Positions 22,133 through 34,673 of a stretch of 64,000 nucleotides of DNA are shown here, piece by piece (within the stretch, counting starts at the first letter, position 1; the number at the start of each line of letters is the position of its first letter). Source of the DNA: Macrostomum lignano (lineage: Eukaryota); NCBI GenBank assembly GCA_002269645.1, contig NIVC01001356.1, positions 124,001 to 188,000 on the forward strand, in the 5' to 3' direction. A program made the position numbers and the translations under genes. The notes beneath the pieces were generated by a model. The model searched no databases. It was not told the origin of the DNA and worked only from the letters and a program-made list of their open reading frames with translations.

Positions 22133-25100
22133 TATACTAAATCTCTAATATTTGTTTGTATGCTTGAGTGTCCATAACGCTCTAGAGATCGCAATTCTCG
22201 ACCGATTTTGATCGCGTTTTCGCCAAAAGATTTAAAATTGTCTGGAAAGAAGACGGTTAAAATTTCTTGTATCTGCTTCAATGCTAAAGGGATTAAATAT
22301 TTGAAAAACATGCTTTTTTGCAAAGGTCAAGCAGCTTTTTCGACTTTAAATGCACTATAAAAATGCTAGAGAAAAAACCGACTGACTGAATTCTGATTTT
22401 GATAAAGATTGCATCACAACAAGTTGAAAACACTGTGCCAAGTTGAAAGACAGAAATTGCGTAACCATATTGCTAACTTTAATTGAGACTGATGCTGACT
22501 GCCTGAGTATTTGATTATGTCATAGCTGCTTCGTGTGACTTTCACTCGAAGAGAATTTGTGTTGGTATTTGCATAACGTTCTAGAGATAGAACTAATTGA
22601 CCAATTTTAATCGCGTTTTTACGAAAAGATTTGTAATTATCTGGAAAGCAGACAGTTAAAATTTCTTTAATTGGCTTTAATGCTAAAGGTATTAAATATT
22701 CGAAAAACGAGTTTTTCTAATGCTTTTAATGGTAGGGCAAACTAGGTTGAATTCTTGACTGGACTGGCTGAATTCCAATTCCAATTATGATTGCGCCATA
22801 ACTTTTCTCTCTCCACTGTGTAAGCTTCAATACTGGTTGCAGTGTGCAAGGAGAAAAAATGCTCAGTGGCTGCGTGTGTACATTCTGACCCTGGCTCTGA
22901 CTGGCGGACTCCATAGAAAATTGCTAGATTTCACTCAATCAACTGTGCATTGGCTCCGCCTGCACGCCTACACACTCAGCAGCCTATCACTGCTATGTAT
23001 TTTAACTGCAGTTCTGAAGCATATATGGCTGATTTTGTTGTCCTCCCATCAATAGGCGGAGTAGCCGCAGTGTAGGCACTTAGGACTAGGTTTAGGCTAG
23101 ACGTAAGGTCCAAGGTTCGAGTCTGCCTCCCTGGCGGATAATAAAAATTCAAATAATTCAATAATTTATAGCTTGTGCCTGGACTAATTGAAACATTTTT
23201 TATTTAATTTCAATTGAAACATTTTTTTATTAATTAGCAATTCATTTTTTGCTACTCGGCACAAGCCACTAATCAAATTTGATTTGTAAAAACTGCTTCG
23301 AGTATAACTGATCCCATCAATGGGTATTGTCTAGCTCCATAAAAGTACGAAATTACTAAACTGCAGACAATGCTGCTAAATGCTGAGCTTTTCAAGACTG
23401 CCGATATGTATCGAAAATTGATTAGTGAGCCGTACAATTCTGAGCAAATTGCAGTTTTCTGAGGGGACTGAGGTGCCGGCCAGAGAAGAACAGCAGACTG
23501 TGAATTAGTTCCTCCAGACTTAAATCTAATTTATAGATTTCACTTAACTGCGCATTGGCTCTGCCTGCATGCAACCCGTGCACTGAGCAGCCTATCACTG
23601 CCGTGTATTTGACTGCAGTGCCGAAGCATATATGGCTGATTTTGTCGCCCTCTGATCAATAGGCGGAGTAGCCGCACTGTAGGCACTAGGACCAGGTTTA
23701 GGATAGGCGTAAGGTCCCAGGTTAGAGTCTGGCTCGCAGCGGACAATTGAAATTGAACTAATTATTATTTCATTTTAGCTTGTGCTTCGACTAATTGGAA
23801 GTTTTATGCTTAATTAACAAGGCACAATAAATGAACTACATGTATTTTTGCTATTTAGCACAAGTCGCTAAGCAAATTTGATTTGTAAAAACTGCTTCGA
23901 GTACATGTATTACGAGCGTACTGATCCCATCAATGGGTATATTGCCTAGCTCCATGAAAGTATGAAATTGCTAAACTGCAGACCATTCTGAATAAAACTG
24001 CTGACGGTATTGCAAAATGCTAAGTTTTGCAAGACTGCCGATATGTATCGAAAATTTATTAGTGAGCCGTAAAATGCTGAGAAAATTGCAGTTTGCAGAG
24101 GAGACTGAGGAGCCGGCCGAGAGGAGAACTGCAGGCTGCTGAGAGAATGAATGAAAATCGTTAATGGTACAGTTGTAGACTGAAAATGAAATGACTGCAG
24201 ACTGCTGAGGGGAACTGCAGACTGTCGAAGGGATCATTGCAGATTGCAAAGGGGAAACAACTGCAAACTGCTGAGGTAGTTCCTCCAGACGTATGAGCGT
24301 ATAGCTGCAGACTGCTGAGAGGGAAAACTGCGGACTAATTAGAGGATAATGGCAGACTTCTGAGGCTAATAACTAACTATTGAGTTTTGAGTGGATATTT
24401 ACTGTGGAAGATTAAGTACAAGTTGTTTAGGGGATTTCTGCGGCTGCTAAGTGAAATATTTTTGGCTAAGGGGACAATTCTATGCCGCTGAGGGTATGCA
24501 TTCTTAATTTTAATAAAAGTTTTAAAATGCAAAGTGGATGATAAATGCCGGCTGCTAAGAAATAACTGCAGTCTTTTTGCAGGATTAGATGAAGGGATAA
24601 TTTCAGGTTGTTGTGGGGATAAATGCCGATTTCCGGGGGTTAACTTCAAACGGCTGAAGTTGCTAAACTAGATTATTTCGACCACATGTCAATAGGCACA
24701 ATAGCCGCAGTAGGCAGGCAGTATCAAGCAGAAGCAAACAGAATGCTTTGATGTCAGCAGTTCGAGCCTGCATTGAAGCAGCGAATTTATCTTTGTGACC
24801 TGTGACAATAGATTGCATTCTATGCAGATTCATGGAGATGTTAAACACTTAAATTTAAAGATACTTTTGCTGGGGCTGCGTTAGTCTTCTAGAGCAGTGC
24901 TAATCTGCTGTAAGTACTAATTTGCAAAGGGTCTAATCTGGGTATACTAAATCTCTAATATTTGTTTGTATGCTTGAGTGTCCATAACGCTCTAGAGATC
25001 GCAATTCTCGACCGATTTTGATCGCGTTTTCGCCAAAAGATTTAAAATTGTCTGGAAAGAAGACGGTTAAAATTTCTTGTATCTGCTTCAATGCTAAAGG

Positions 25101-27752
25101 GATTAAATATTTGAAAAACATGCTTTTTTGCAAAGGTCAAGCAGCTTTTTCGACTTTAAATGCACTATAAAAATGCTAGAGAAAAAACCGACTGACTGAA
25201 TTCTGATTTTGATAAAGATTGCATCACAACAAGTTGAAAACACTGTGCCAAGTTGAAAGACAGAAATTGCGTAACCATATTGCTAACTTTAATTGAGACT
25301 GATGCTGACTGCCTGAGTATTTGATTATGTCATAGCTGCTTCGTGTGACTTTCACTCGAAGAGAATTTGTGTTGGTATTTGCATAACGTTCTAGAGATAG
25401 AACTAATTGACCAATTTTAATCGCGTTTTTACGAAAAGATTTGTAATTATCTGGAAAGCAGACAGTTAAAATTTCTTTAATTGGCTTTAATGCTAAAGGT
25501 ATTAAATATTCGAAAAACGAGTTTTTCTAATGCTTTTAATGGTAGGGCAAACTAGGTTGAATTCTTGACTGGACTGGCTGAATTCCAATTCCAATTATGA
25601 TTGCGCCATAACTTTTCTCTCTCCACTGTGTAAGCTTCAATACTGGTTGCAGTGTGCAAGGAGAAAAAATGCTCAGTGGCTGCGTGTGTACATTCTGACC
25701 CTGGCTCTGACTGGCGGACTCCATAGAAAATTGCTAGATTTCACTCAATCAACTGTGCATTGGCTCCGCCTGCACGCCTACACACTCAGCAGCCTATCAC
25801 TGCTATGTATTTTAACTGCAGTTCTGAAGCATATATGGCTGATTTTGTTGTCCTCCCATCAATAGGCGGAGTAGCCGCAGTGTAGGCACTTAGGACTAGG
25901 TTTAGGCTAGACGTAAGGTCCAAGGTTCGAGTCTGCCTCCCTGGCGGATAATAAAAATTCAAATAATTCAATAATTTATAGCTTGTGCCTGGACTAATTG
26001 AAACATTTTTTATTTAATTTCAATTGAAACATTTTTTTATTAATTAGCAATTCATTTTTTGCTACTCGGCACAAGCCACTAATCAAATTTGATTTGTAAA
26101 AACTGCTTCGAGTATAACTGATCCCATCAATGGGTATTGTCTAGCTCCATAAAAGTACGAAATTACTAAACTGCAGACAATGCTGCTAAATGCTGAGCTT
26201 TTCAAGACTGCCGATATGTATCGAAAATTGATTAGTGAGCCGTACAATTCTGAGCAAATTGCAGTTTTCTGAGGGGACTGAGGTGCCGGCCAGAGAAGAA
26301 CAGCAGACTGTGAATTAGTTCCTCCAGACTTAAATCTAATTTATAGATTTCACTTAACTGCGCATTGGCTCTGCCTGCATGCAACCCGTGCACTGAGCAG
26401 CCTATCACTGCCGTGTATTTGACTGCAGTGCCGAAGCATATATGGCTGATTTTGTCGCCCTCTGATCAATAGGCGGAGTAGCCGCACTGTAGGCACTAGG
26501 ACCAGGTTTAGGATAGGCGTAAGGTCCCAGGTTAGAGTCTGGCTCGCAGCGGACAATTGAAATTGAACTAATTATTATTTCATTTTAGCTTGTGCTTCGA
26601 CTAATTGGAAGTTTTATGCTTAATTAACAAGGCACAATAAATGAACTACATGTATTTTTGCTATTTAGCACAAGTCGCTAAGCAAATTTGATTTGTAAAA
26701 ACTGCTTCGAGTACATGTATTACGAGCGTACTGATCCCATCAATGGGTATATTGCCTAGCTCCATGAAAGTATGAAATTGCTAAACTGCAGACCATTCTG
26801 AATAAAACTGCTGACGGTATTGCAAAATGCTAAGTTTTGCAAGACTGCCGATATGTATCGAAAATTTATTAGTGAGCCGTAAAATGCTGAGAAAATTGCA
26901 GTTTGCAGAGGAGACTGAGGAGCCGGCCGAGAGGAGAACTGCAGGCTGCTGAGAGAATGAATGAAAATCGTTAATGGTACAGTTGTAGACTGAAAATGAA
27001 ATGACTGCAGACTGCTGAGGGGAACTGCAGACTGTCGAAGGGATCATTGCAGATTGCAAAGGGGAAACAACTGCAAACTGCTGAGGTAGTTCCTCCAGAC
27101 GTATGAGCGTATAGCTGCAGACTGCTGAGAGGGAAAACTGCGGACTAATTAGAGGATAATGGCAGACTTCTGAGGCTAATAACTAACTATTGAGTTTTGA
27201 GTGGATATTTACTGTGGAAGATTAAGTACAAGTTGTTTAGGGGATTTCTGCGGCTGCTAAGTGAAATATTTTTGGCTAAGGGGACAATTCTATGCCGCTG
27301 AGGGTATGCATTCTTAATTTTAATAAAAGTTTTAAAATGCAAAGTGGATGATAAATGCCGGCTGCTAAGAAATAACTGCAGTCTTTTTGCAGGATTAGAT
27401 GAAGGGATAATTTCAGGTTGTTGTGGGGATAAATGCCGATTTCCGGGGGTTAACTTCAAACGGCTGAAGTTGCTAAACTAGATTATTTCGACCACATGTC
27501 AATAGGCACAATAGCCGCAGTAGGCAGGCAGTATCAAGCAGAAGCAAACAGAATGCTTTGATGTCAGCAGTTCGAGCCTGCATTGAAGCAGCGAATTTAT
27601 CTTTGTGACCTGTGACAATAGATTGCATTCTATGCAGATTCATGGAGATGTTAAACACTTAAATTTAAAGATACTTTTGCTGGGGCTGCGTTAGTCTTCT
27701 AGAGCAGTGCTAATCTGCTGTAAGTACTAATTTGCAAAGGGTCTAATCTGGG
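22133..27752 (+). repeat. 2810-bp direct tandem duplication (22133-24942 and 24943-27752)
   Basis: ORFs with identical translations recur at a +2810 offset (for example 22726/25536 and 24663/27473). I saw no differences by eye. Confidence 0.95.
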
Positions 27753-27961
27753 TGAGCAGTGCTAATCTGCTGTAAGTACTAATTTGCAAAGGGTCTAATC
27801 TGGGTGAGCAGTGCTAATCTGACGTACAATGAAGTAATAAATATGTAAGACGATTGCAAATCAAATTTAAACTGCAAGTGGCAAACATTTCAAATGGTTT
27901 CGATTATTGAGAAGCATATGGAGATCAGTAGCCATCTGCTCCCAGATTTTGCGGAACAGTG

Positions 27962-28260
27962 CCGGTGAACCATTGCTAAACTGCTGGTGAACCATTGCTA
28001 AACTGCTGGTGAATCATTGCTAAACTGCTGATGAATCATTGCTAAACTGCTGGTGAACCATTGCTAAACTGCTGGTGAACCATTGCTAAACTGCTGGTGA
28101 ACCATTGCTAAACTGCTGGTGAATCATTGCTAAACTGCTGATGAATCATTGCTAAACTGCTGGTGAACCATTGCTAAACTGCTGGTGAACCATTGCTAAA
28201 CTGCTGGTGAACCATCGCTAAAGTGATGGTAAACCATTGCTAAAGTGATGGTAAACCACT
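27962..28260. repeat. 22-bp minisatellite (GGTGAACCATTGCTAAACTGCT), about 13 copies, inside Helitron A
   Basis: Tandem repeat seen directly. Confidence 0.92.
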
Positions 28261-28379
28261 GTAAGTTTTTAATAAATGCTACTTTAAACAGAAGAAAACT
28301 CAACACAAGAAAAAGCGACAAAAGAATCATCATGTCAACCATAAAAGAAGCAGTCTGTCGAGAATAAAATACTCAATGT

Positions 28380-30470
28380 GAATTGCTAAGATGTCAGGGC
28401 TGGTATGGAAAATTTCTGTGATATCAAGACTCATGGGAGAATTTCTAAGATCTCAAGGCTCAGCAGTAATTGCTATAATGATGTGATTCTGGGGAGAATC
28501 GCTTTGATTTCAAAGCTTAAGTTCAATTGCTGCGATGTCGATCTTAATGAGGGAATTTCTGAGATGTCAAGGCTTACTGGGGAATTATTAAGATTTCAAG
28601 GCTTACTGGGCCATGGGCCAGATCAAGGCCCATGAGAGAAATTCTGAGATGTCTTGTCAAGTCTCAGAGGGAAATTCCTATACTGATGTGATTCTGGGCA
28701 GAATTGCTTTGATTTCAAATTCCATTCGAGAAATTTCTGAGGTATCAAGGCTCATTAAAATTATTTGCTGTCAAGGCTCATGGAAATAATTTCTGGAATG
28801 CTGTGGCTCTTGAGGGAATTGCCGACATTGTTAGGGTAAGAGTAAGACGTAAACCATATAAATGAATAGGCCTGTCTAACATTAAATACTCATTGGGGAA
28901 TTGCTAAGTTGTAAAGGCTCGTAGGGGGTATCCGAATTATAATGTGGCTCAATGCTCAGGGGGATTGTTGTGATTGCAGTACCTGCTCATAATGCCGAAA
29001 TTTTGTGGCTCAAATAGGAGTTGCTGAGATATCAAGGCTCATTGAGGAATAGCTGAGATTTCAAAGCTCACGGGGGATCCCTGTAATGCTGTAGGCTGTG
29101 ACTCTTGGGTATTGCTGAGATGCTAAGGTTCACAGTGGAATGACTGAGATTTCAAAGGCTCCTAAAGCGAATAGCTGAAATTCACGAAATGTCAAGGTTC
29201 ATTGGGTATTTGTTGAAATGCTGTGGTTTACGGTGGGAATTGCTGAAATGCTGTGACTTGGCAGGGTTAGTTTTCAACCATAAGACTCACGTGAAAGTGC
29301 CAAGATATCAAAAGGTTAGTCGCTAAAGTTTCATGCTCATGGGAAAATTGCTAAGATTTCAAAAGCTCATTGGGGAATTTCTGAAATTCTTGGGCTGAGA
29401 GAGGGAGTTGCTGAAATGCTGTGACTCGGCTGCAGGTTAAGGGTTAGCGTTTGAGTTCAATTATAGAGCGATCGTCGTGTCAATCATAAATGATTCATCA
29501 AGGAATTTCTAAGATTAAAGGGGCGAATTAGTTATATGCTTTGGCTCTTAGGGAATTGCTGACAGTTCAAGGCTTTCGGTGAAATTTAGATTTCAAAGCT
29601 TATGAGGAAGTTACTTAAATGCTCAGGCTCAAGGCTCACGGGGGAGATTGCTAACATGCCAAGACTCACTTATGGGTTAGGGTTAGGGGCTTAGGGTCAG
29701 TTTTGGTTCAATCATAGAATAACCACTCTGTTAACCATCAACTAAAGACTTGCTAAGATGGGAGTTGCTAAGATATCAAAGCTCATGAATGGAATCGCTG
29801 AGTTGACAAGGCTTATGAAGAAATTGCAGAGATATCAAGGCTCATAAGGGGATTGCTGAATTCTTGGGGGAGGGGAGTTGGGTTGTTGGGATGTCAAGGC
29901 TTACTCAGCTAAGAGAACTGCGTAGATGTCAAGGCTCGAGTTTAATTGCTGCGATGTCGATGCTTAATGGGGGAACTGCTGAGATGTCAAGTCTTACTGG
30001 GAATTGCTAAGATGTCAAGTCTTACTGGGAATTGCTAAAATGTGAAGGCTTTCTGGGGGAATGCTGAGATTTCAAGGCTTACTGGGGAAATGCTTAGATT
30101 TCAAGGCTTACTGGAGGAATTCCTCAGATGTCAAGGCTTATTGGGGGAATTGCAGCGATTTCAAGGCTTACTGCGGCAATTGCTAAGATGTGAATTCTTT
30201 CTGGGGGAATTGCTAAGATTTCAAGGCTTACTGGGAGAATCGCTGAGATGTCAATGCTTACTGGGGGAATTGCTGAGATCTCGAGGCTTCTCAGCAATTC
30301 TTAGCAAATATTAGCACTTGTTAGCTAAGTATTCTTAGCAATTCTTAGCAATTCTTGTCAAGGCTTACTTGGGGAATTGCTGAGATTTCAAGGCTTACTG
30401 GGGGGAATTGCTAAGATGACAAGGCTTACTGGGGGAATGCTGAGATGTCAAGGCTCATGGACGATGGCTG
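28380..30470 (+). repeat. degenerate about 30-bp repeat family (GAATTGCTGAGATGTCAAGGCTTACTGGGG) inside Helitron A
   Basis: The GCT(G/A)AGAT(G/T)TCAAGGCT core recurs, most regularly at 29980-30450. Confidence 0.8.
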
Positions 30471-30968
30471 AATTGTTGGGGGTGTTAGGTTGTTGGGCGA
30501 TTGTCAGATAGTCAGGTAGTACGGCTGAAGTAGCTCATGTAGTTCAGATATTGAAATAGTACACACAAGTGATGCTGATTTCTGCTAATAGGAAATACCA
30601 GCGCATTTATGAAAGGTGTCATTCTTTGATTTAGGCTAATTAAAAGAGAGGGTCTAAGGCCGTCAATGATTTGCATATTTGCTGCGGATAAGAATATGCC
30701 CCGGCCAGCGACGATATGCACTAAGAGTTTGTGCTTGAAAGGATCAGCACTATTTGCTGATTGAGAAAGGGTTTTGGGCTGATGAAGGAAACTTTTTTGG
30801 CTGATGAAAGTTCTGATTCATGGCAATTTATTTTTGCCAAAATGAGAAAAGGTAATTTTTGATTAATGGAAATCAACATTTTGGATAATTATAGTAAGGT
30901 TACTCTTGTGTCAAAAAAAACCAATTGGTGTCATTTTAGGGCTCCCCAGCGGGGGGCTAAATGGCTAG

Positions 30969-33900
30969 TCCTATATACTAAAAATGTGATGTCTATATAT
31001 ATATATGTGATAGATTAGAGAAAAAATGGCTGGACCGATTTTGTTCGAACTTGCACTGTTCGATTAGAAATTTTCCCGTGACGGTACATGCATCGTGGCT
31101 AAGAAATTGCTCGATGCTAAAGGCATTAAATATTCGAAAAACATGCTTTTTTGCAAAGGTCAAGCAAACTTTTTGACTTGAAATGCATTGTAAGAATGCT
31201 AGAGAAAAACTGACTGGTTGAATTCTGACTCTGAAATAGATTGCATCATAACTGAATTGTAACTCCGACTTGAATTGAAAATGCAGTTTGGAAGCGTAGC
31301 ACCAGACTTGATTTAAATTGCGTAACCATATTGTTAACTGATACTGACTGACTGAGAAACTGATTATGTCATAACTGCTTCGTGTGATTTACTCTATGCT
31401 TGGATTTAAAAGTGTTGAGTTATATAAGTGCAAAAGTTGATGTTATCAAAACGATGAGAGCTAGCCTAAAGGTGAACAAACTGAACTGCTAAATGCAGTG
31501 ACGATGGTTTGAATTTTCGATGGTTTGAATTTGAGTATAATTTTTTTAATTAAAGCTTTTCAACGTCAGGAAAACTAAAAGACTTTTTAAAAAAAAGCGT
31601 CATATAAAAATCGTAGAAGCGTCATGTAAACAATCATAGAAGCGTCATGTAAAAAATCTTAGAAGCGTCATGTAAACAATCATAAAAGCGCCATGTAAAA
31701 AATCATAGAAGAGTCATGTAAACAATCATAGAAGCGTCATATAAACAATCATAGAAGCGTCATGCAAACAATCATAGAAGCGTCATGTAAAAAATCATAG
31801 AAGCGCCATGTAAAAAATCATAGAATCGTCATGTAAACAATCATAGAAGCGTCATGTAAACAATCATAGAAGCGTCATGCAAACAATCATAGAAGCGTCA
31901 TGTAAAAAATCATAGAAGCGCCATGTAAAAAATCATAGAATCGTCATGTAAACAATCATAGAAGCGTCATGTAAACAATCATAGAAGCGTCATGCAAACA
32001 ATCATAGAAGCGTCATGTAAAAAATCATAGAAGCGTCATGTAAAAAATCATAGAAGCGTCATGTAAACAATCATAGAAGCGTCATGCAAACAATCATAGA
32101 AGCGTCATGTAAAAAATCATAGAAGCGTCATATAAAAATCGTAGAAGCGTCATGTAAACAATCATAGAAGTGTCATGTAAAAAATCATAGAAGCGTCATG
32201 TAAACAATCATAGAAGCGTCATGTAAACAATCATAGAAGCGTCATGTAAACAATCATAGAAGTGTCATGTAAAAAATCATAGAAGCGTCATGTAAAAAAT
32301 CTTAGAAGCGTCATGTAAACAATCATAGAAGCGTCATGTAAACAATCATAGAAGCGTCATGTAAAAAATCATAGAAGCGTCATATAAAAATCGTAGAAGC
32401 GTCATGTAAACAACCATAAAGGCGTCATGTAAAAAATCGTAGAAGCGTCATGTAAAAAATCTTAGAAGCGTCATGTAAACAATCATAGAAGCGTCATGTA
32501 AACAATCATAGAAGCGTCATGTAAACAATCATAGAAGCGTCATGTAAACAATCATAGAAGCGTCATGTAAAAAATCATAGAAGCGTCATGTAAAAAATCA
32601 TAGAAGCGTCATATAAAAATCGTAGAAGCGTCATGTAAACAACCATAAAGGCGTCATGTAAAAAATCGTAGAAGCGTCATGTAAAAAATCTTAGAAGCGT
32701 CATGTAAACAATCGTAGAAGCGTCATGTAAAAAATCGTAGAAGCGTCATGTAAAAAATCATAGAAGCGTCATATAAAAATCGTAGAAGCGTCATGTAAAC
32801 AATCATAAAAGCGTCATGTAAAAAATCGTAGAAGCGTCATGTAAAAAATCTTAGAAGCGTCATGTAAACAATCATAGAAGCGTCATATAAAAATCGTAGA
32901 AGCGTCATGTAAACAAACATAGAAGCGTCATTTAAAAATCATAGAAGCGTCATGTAAACAATCATAGAAGCGTCATGTAAACAATCATAGAAGCGTCATG
33001 TAAACAATCATAGAAGCGTCATGTAAAAAATCATAGAAGCGTCATGTAAAAGATCATAGAAGCGTCATGTAAAAAATCGTAGAAGCGTCATGTAAAAAAT
33101 CTTAGAAGCGTCATGTAAACAATCATAGAAGCGTCATGTAAACAATCATAAAAGCGTCATGTAAAAAATCGTAGAAGCGTCATGTAAAAAATCTTAGAAG
33201 CGTCATGTAAAAAATCTTAGAAGCGTCATGTAAACAATCATAGAAGCGTCATGTAAACAAGCATAGAAGCGTCATGTAAACAAGCATAGAAGCGTCATGT
33301 AAAAATCATAGAAGGATCAAGAAAAAATCATAGAAGCCTCATTTAAAAACTAATGAAAGTGTCATTTAAAAAATTAAGAAGCGTCACGGTAGAATAAAAG
33401 AAACGTCATGTCAGACATGAAGGGTTCATGTAAAAATTAAATGCAACTATAATGCTGTGCTGGGGAGAAAAACTGAGACGTCAAGGCTCTCAGAGAATAA
33501 CTGAGATTACGGGGGGGGGTTTCTGAGATGTCAAAGCAAAAGTCAGAAGCTACTTCAAAGTTCATGTACTTTACTCCATTTTTTTATTGCATTCTTTGTT
33601 GGCTCGTCACGGGGGGGGCGCTGATAGAAGAAAAGTCATGTAAAAAATAAAAGTAGCACTATGTATACATAAAAGAAAAGTCATGTCGAAGTTAAAAGAT
33701 TCATTTGGGAATTGCTACGATGTCAAAGCTTGGTGGAAATCGTTATAGTGCTGTGATTCTTAAAGAAAGAATCACTAAAATGTCAAGCCTTAGGGGAGAA
33801 GAATTGCTGAGATTTCAAGGCTTTAGGTTGGGTTAAAGTTAGGTTTAGGTCAGGTGTGGGTTGAGGGTTATATTTTATCGGGTTTCAAGGTTAACAGGGG

Positions 33901-34513
33901 ATTTTTTAGATTTCAAGGTTTATGGGGGCCATTGCTGACATGTCAAGGCTTACGGGGGAATAGCTGAGATGTCAAGGCTCACGGGGGTATAAATGAGATT
34001 TCAAGGCTAAAGTCAGAAGCTACATGTAGTTTATTGAAAACTTTTTATTACATTATTTGATGCCTCCTTAGGGGAGGAATCGCTGATAAAAAAGCGTAAT
34101 GTAAAAAATAAAAGAAGCTTCATGTCGAAGTTAAGAGATTCATTTGGGAATCCCTACGATGTCGAGGCTTGCAAGGAATCGCTATAATGCTGTAGTAGTG
34201 CTATAATGACTCTTAGGGAGAATTACTGAAATTTCAATGCTTTAGGGTTAGGTTAGGGTTTGGGTTAGGGTTAGGCTAGGGTTAGGGTTAGAAGGTTGAC
34301 AGATATTTTTAGATTTCCAAGGCTTATTGGGGGCATTGCTGAGATGTCAAGGGGGGAAGTTGATATGTTAAAGCTTGTGGGGGGGATAACTGACATGTCA
34401 AGGCTTACAAGGTTTGACAGGAGATTTTTTAAGATTTCAAGGATACATGTAGCTTATTAAAAAAACGTGTATTGCATTTCTTTGGCTCCCCAACGGGGGG
34501 CGTAGATTGCTAG
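30969..34513 (+). mobile_element. non-autonomous Helitron-like element, type B copy 1 (3545 bp)
   Basis: Starts TCCTATATACTAAAAATG directly after the CTAG of element A. The 5' region has GGCTGGACCGATTTT. It ends with hairpin GCTCCCCAACGGGGGGC and GTAGATTGCTAG. Confidence 0.85.
31595..33400. repeat. 23-bp satellite (TAGAAGCGTCATGTAAACAATCA)n inside Helitron B1, about 75 copies
   Basis: Tandem repeat seen directly. Confidence 0.95.
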
Positions 34514-34650
34514 TCTAAATATACTAAATCTCTAAGGTTTGTATGCTTGAATGAATGAATGTCCATAACGCTCTAGTCTAAATATACTAAATCTCTAAGG
34601 TTTGTATGCTTGAATGAATGAATGTCCATAACGCTCTAGAGCGAGCAATC
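34514..34650 (+). mobile_element. two 63-bp 5'-end fragments of the type A Helitron in tandem
   Basis: TCTAAATATACTAAATCTCTAA...CATAACGCTCTAG at 34514-34576 and 34577-34639, joined CTAG|TC. Confidence 0.75.
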
Positions 34651-34673
34651 CAATATACTAAAAATCAAAACTT

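Larger units (their letters stand above)
22124..30968 (+). mobile_element. non-autonomous Helitron-like element, type A (8.8 kb, internally duplicated)
   Basis: 5' TC(TTCTAAATATACTAAA) follows a host A. The 3' end has hairpin GCTCCCCAGCGGGGGGC (30941-30957) then CTAG (30965-30968). No RepHel ORF. Confidence 0.8.

Noticed and set aside
22117-30721. Short ORFs inside the Helitron array as possible RepHel or captured-gene fragments
   Set aside because: No HUH or PIF1 helicase motifs or recognisable host-protein motifs are visible, so they are treated as non-coding.
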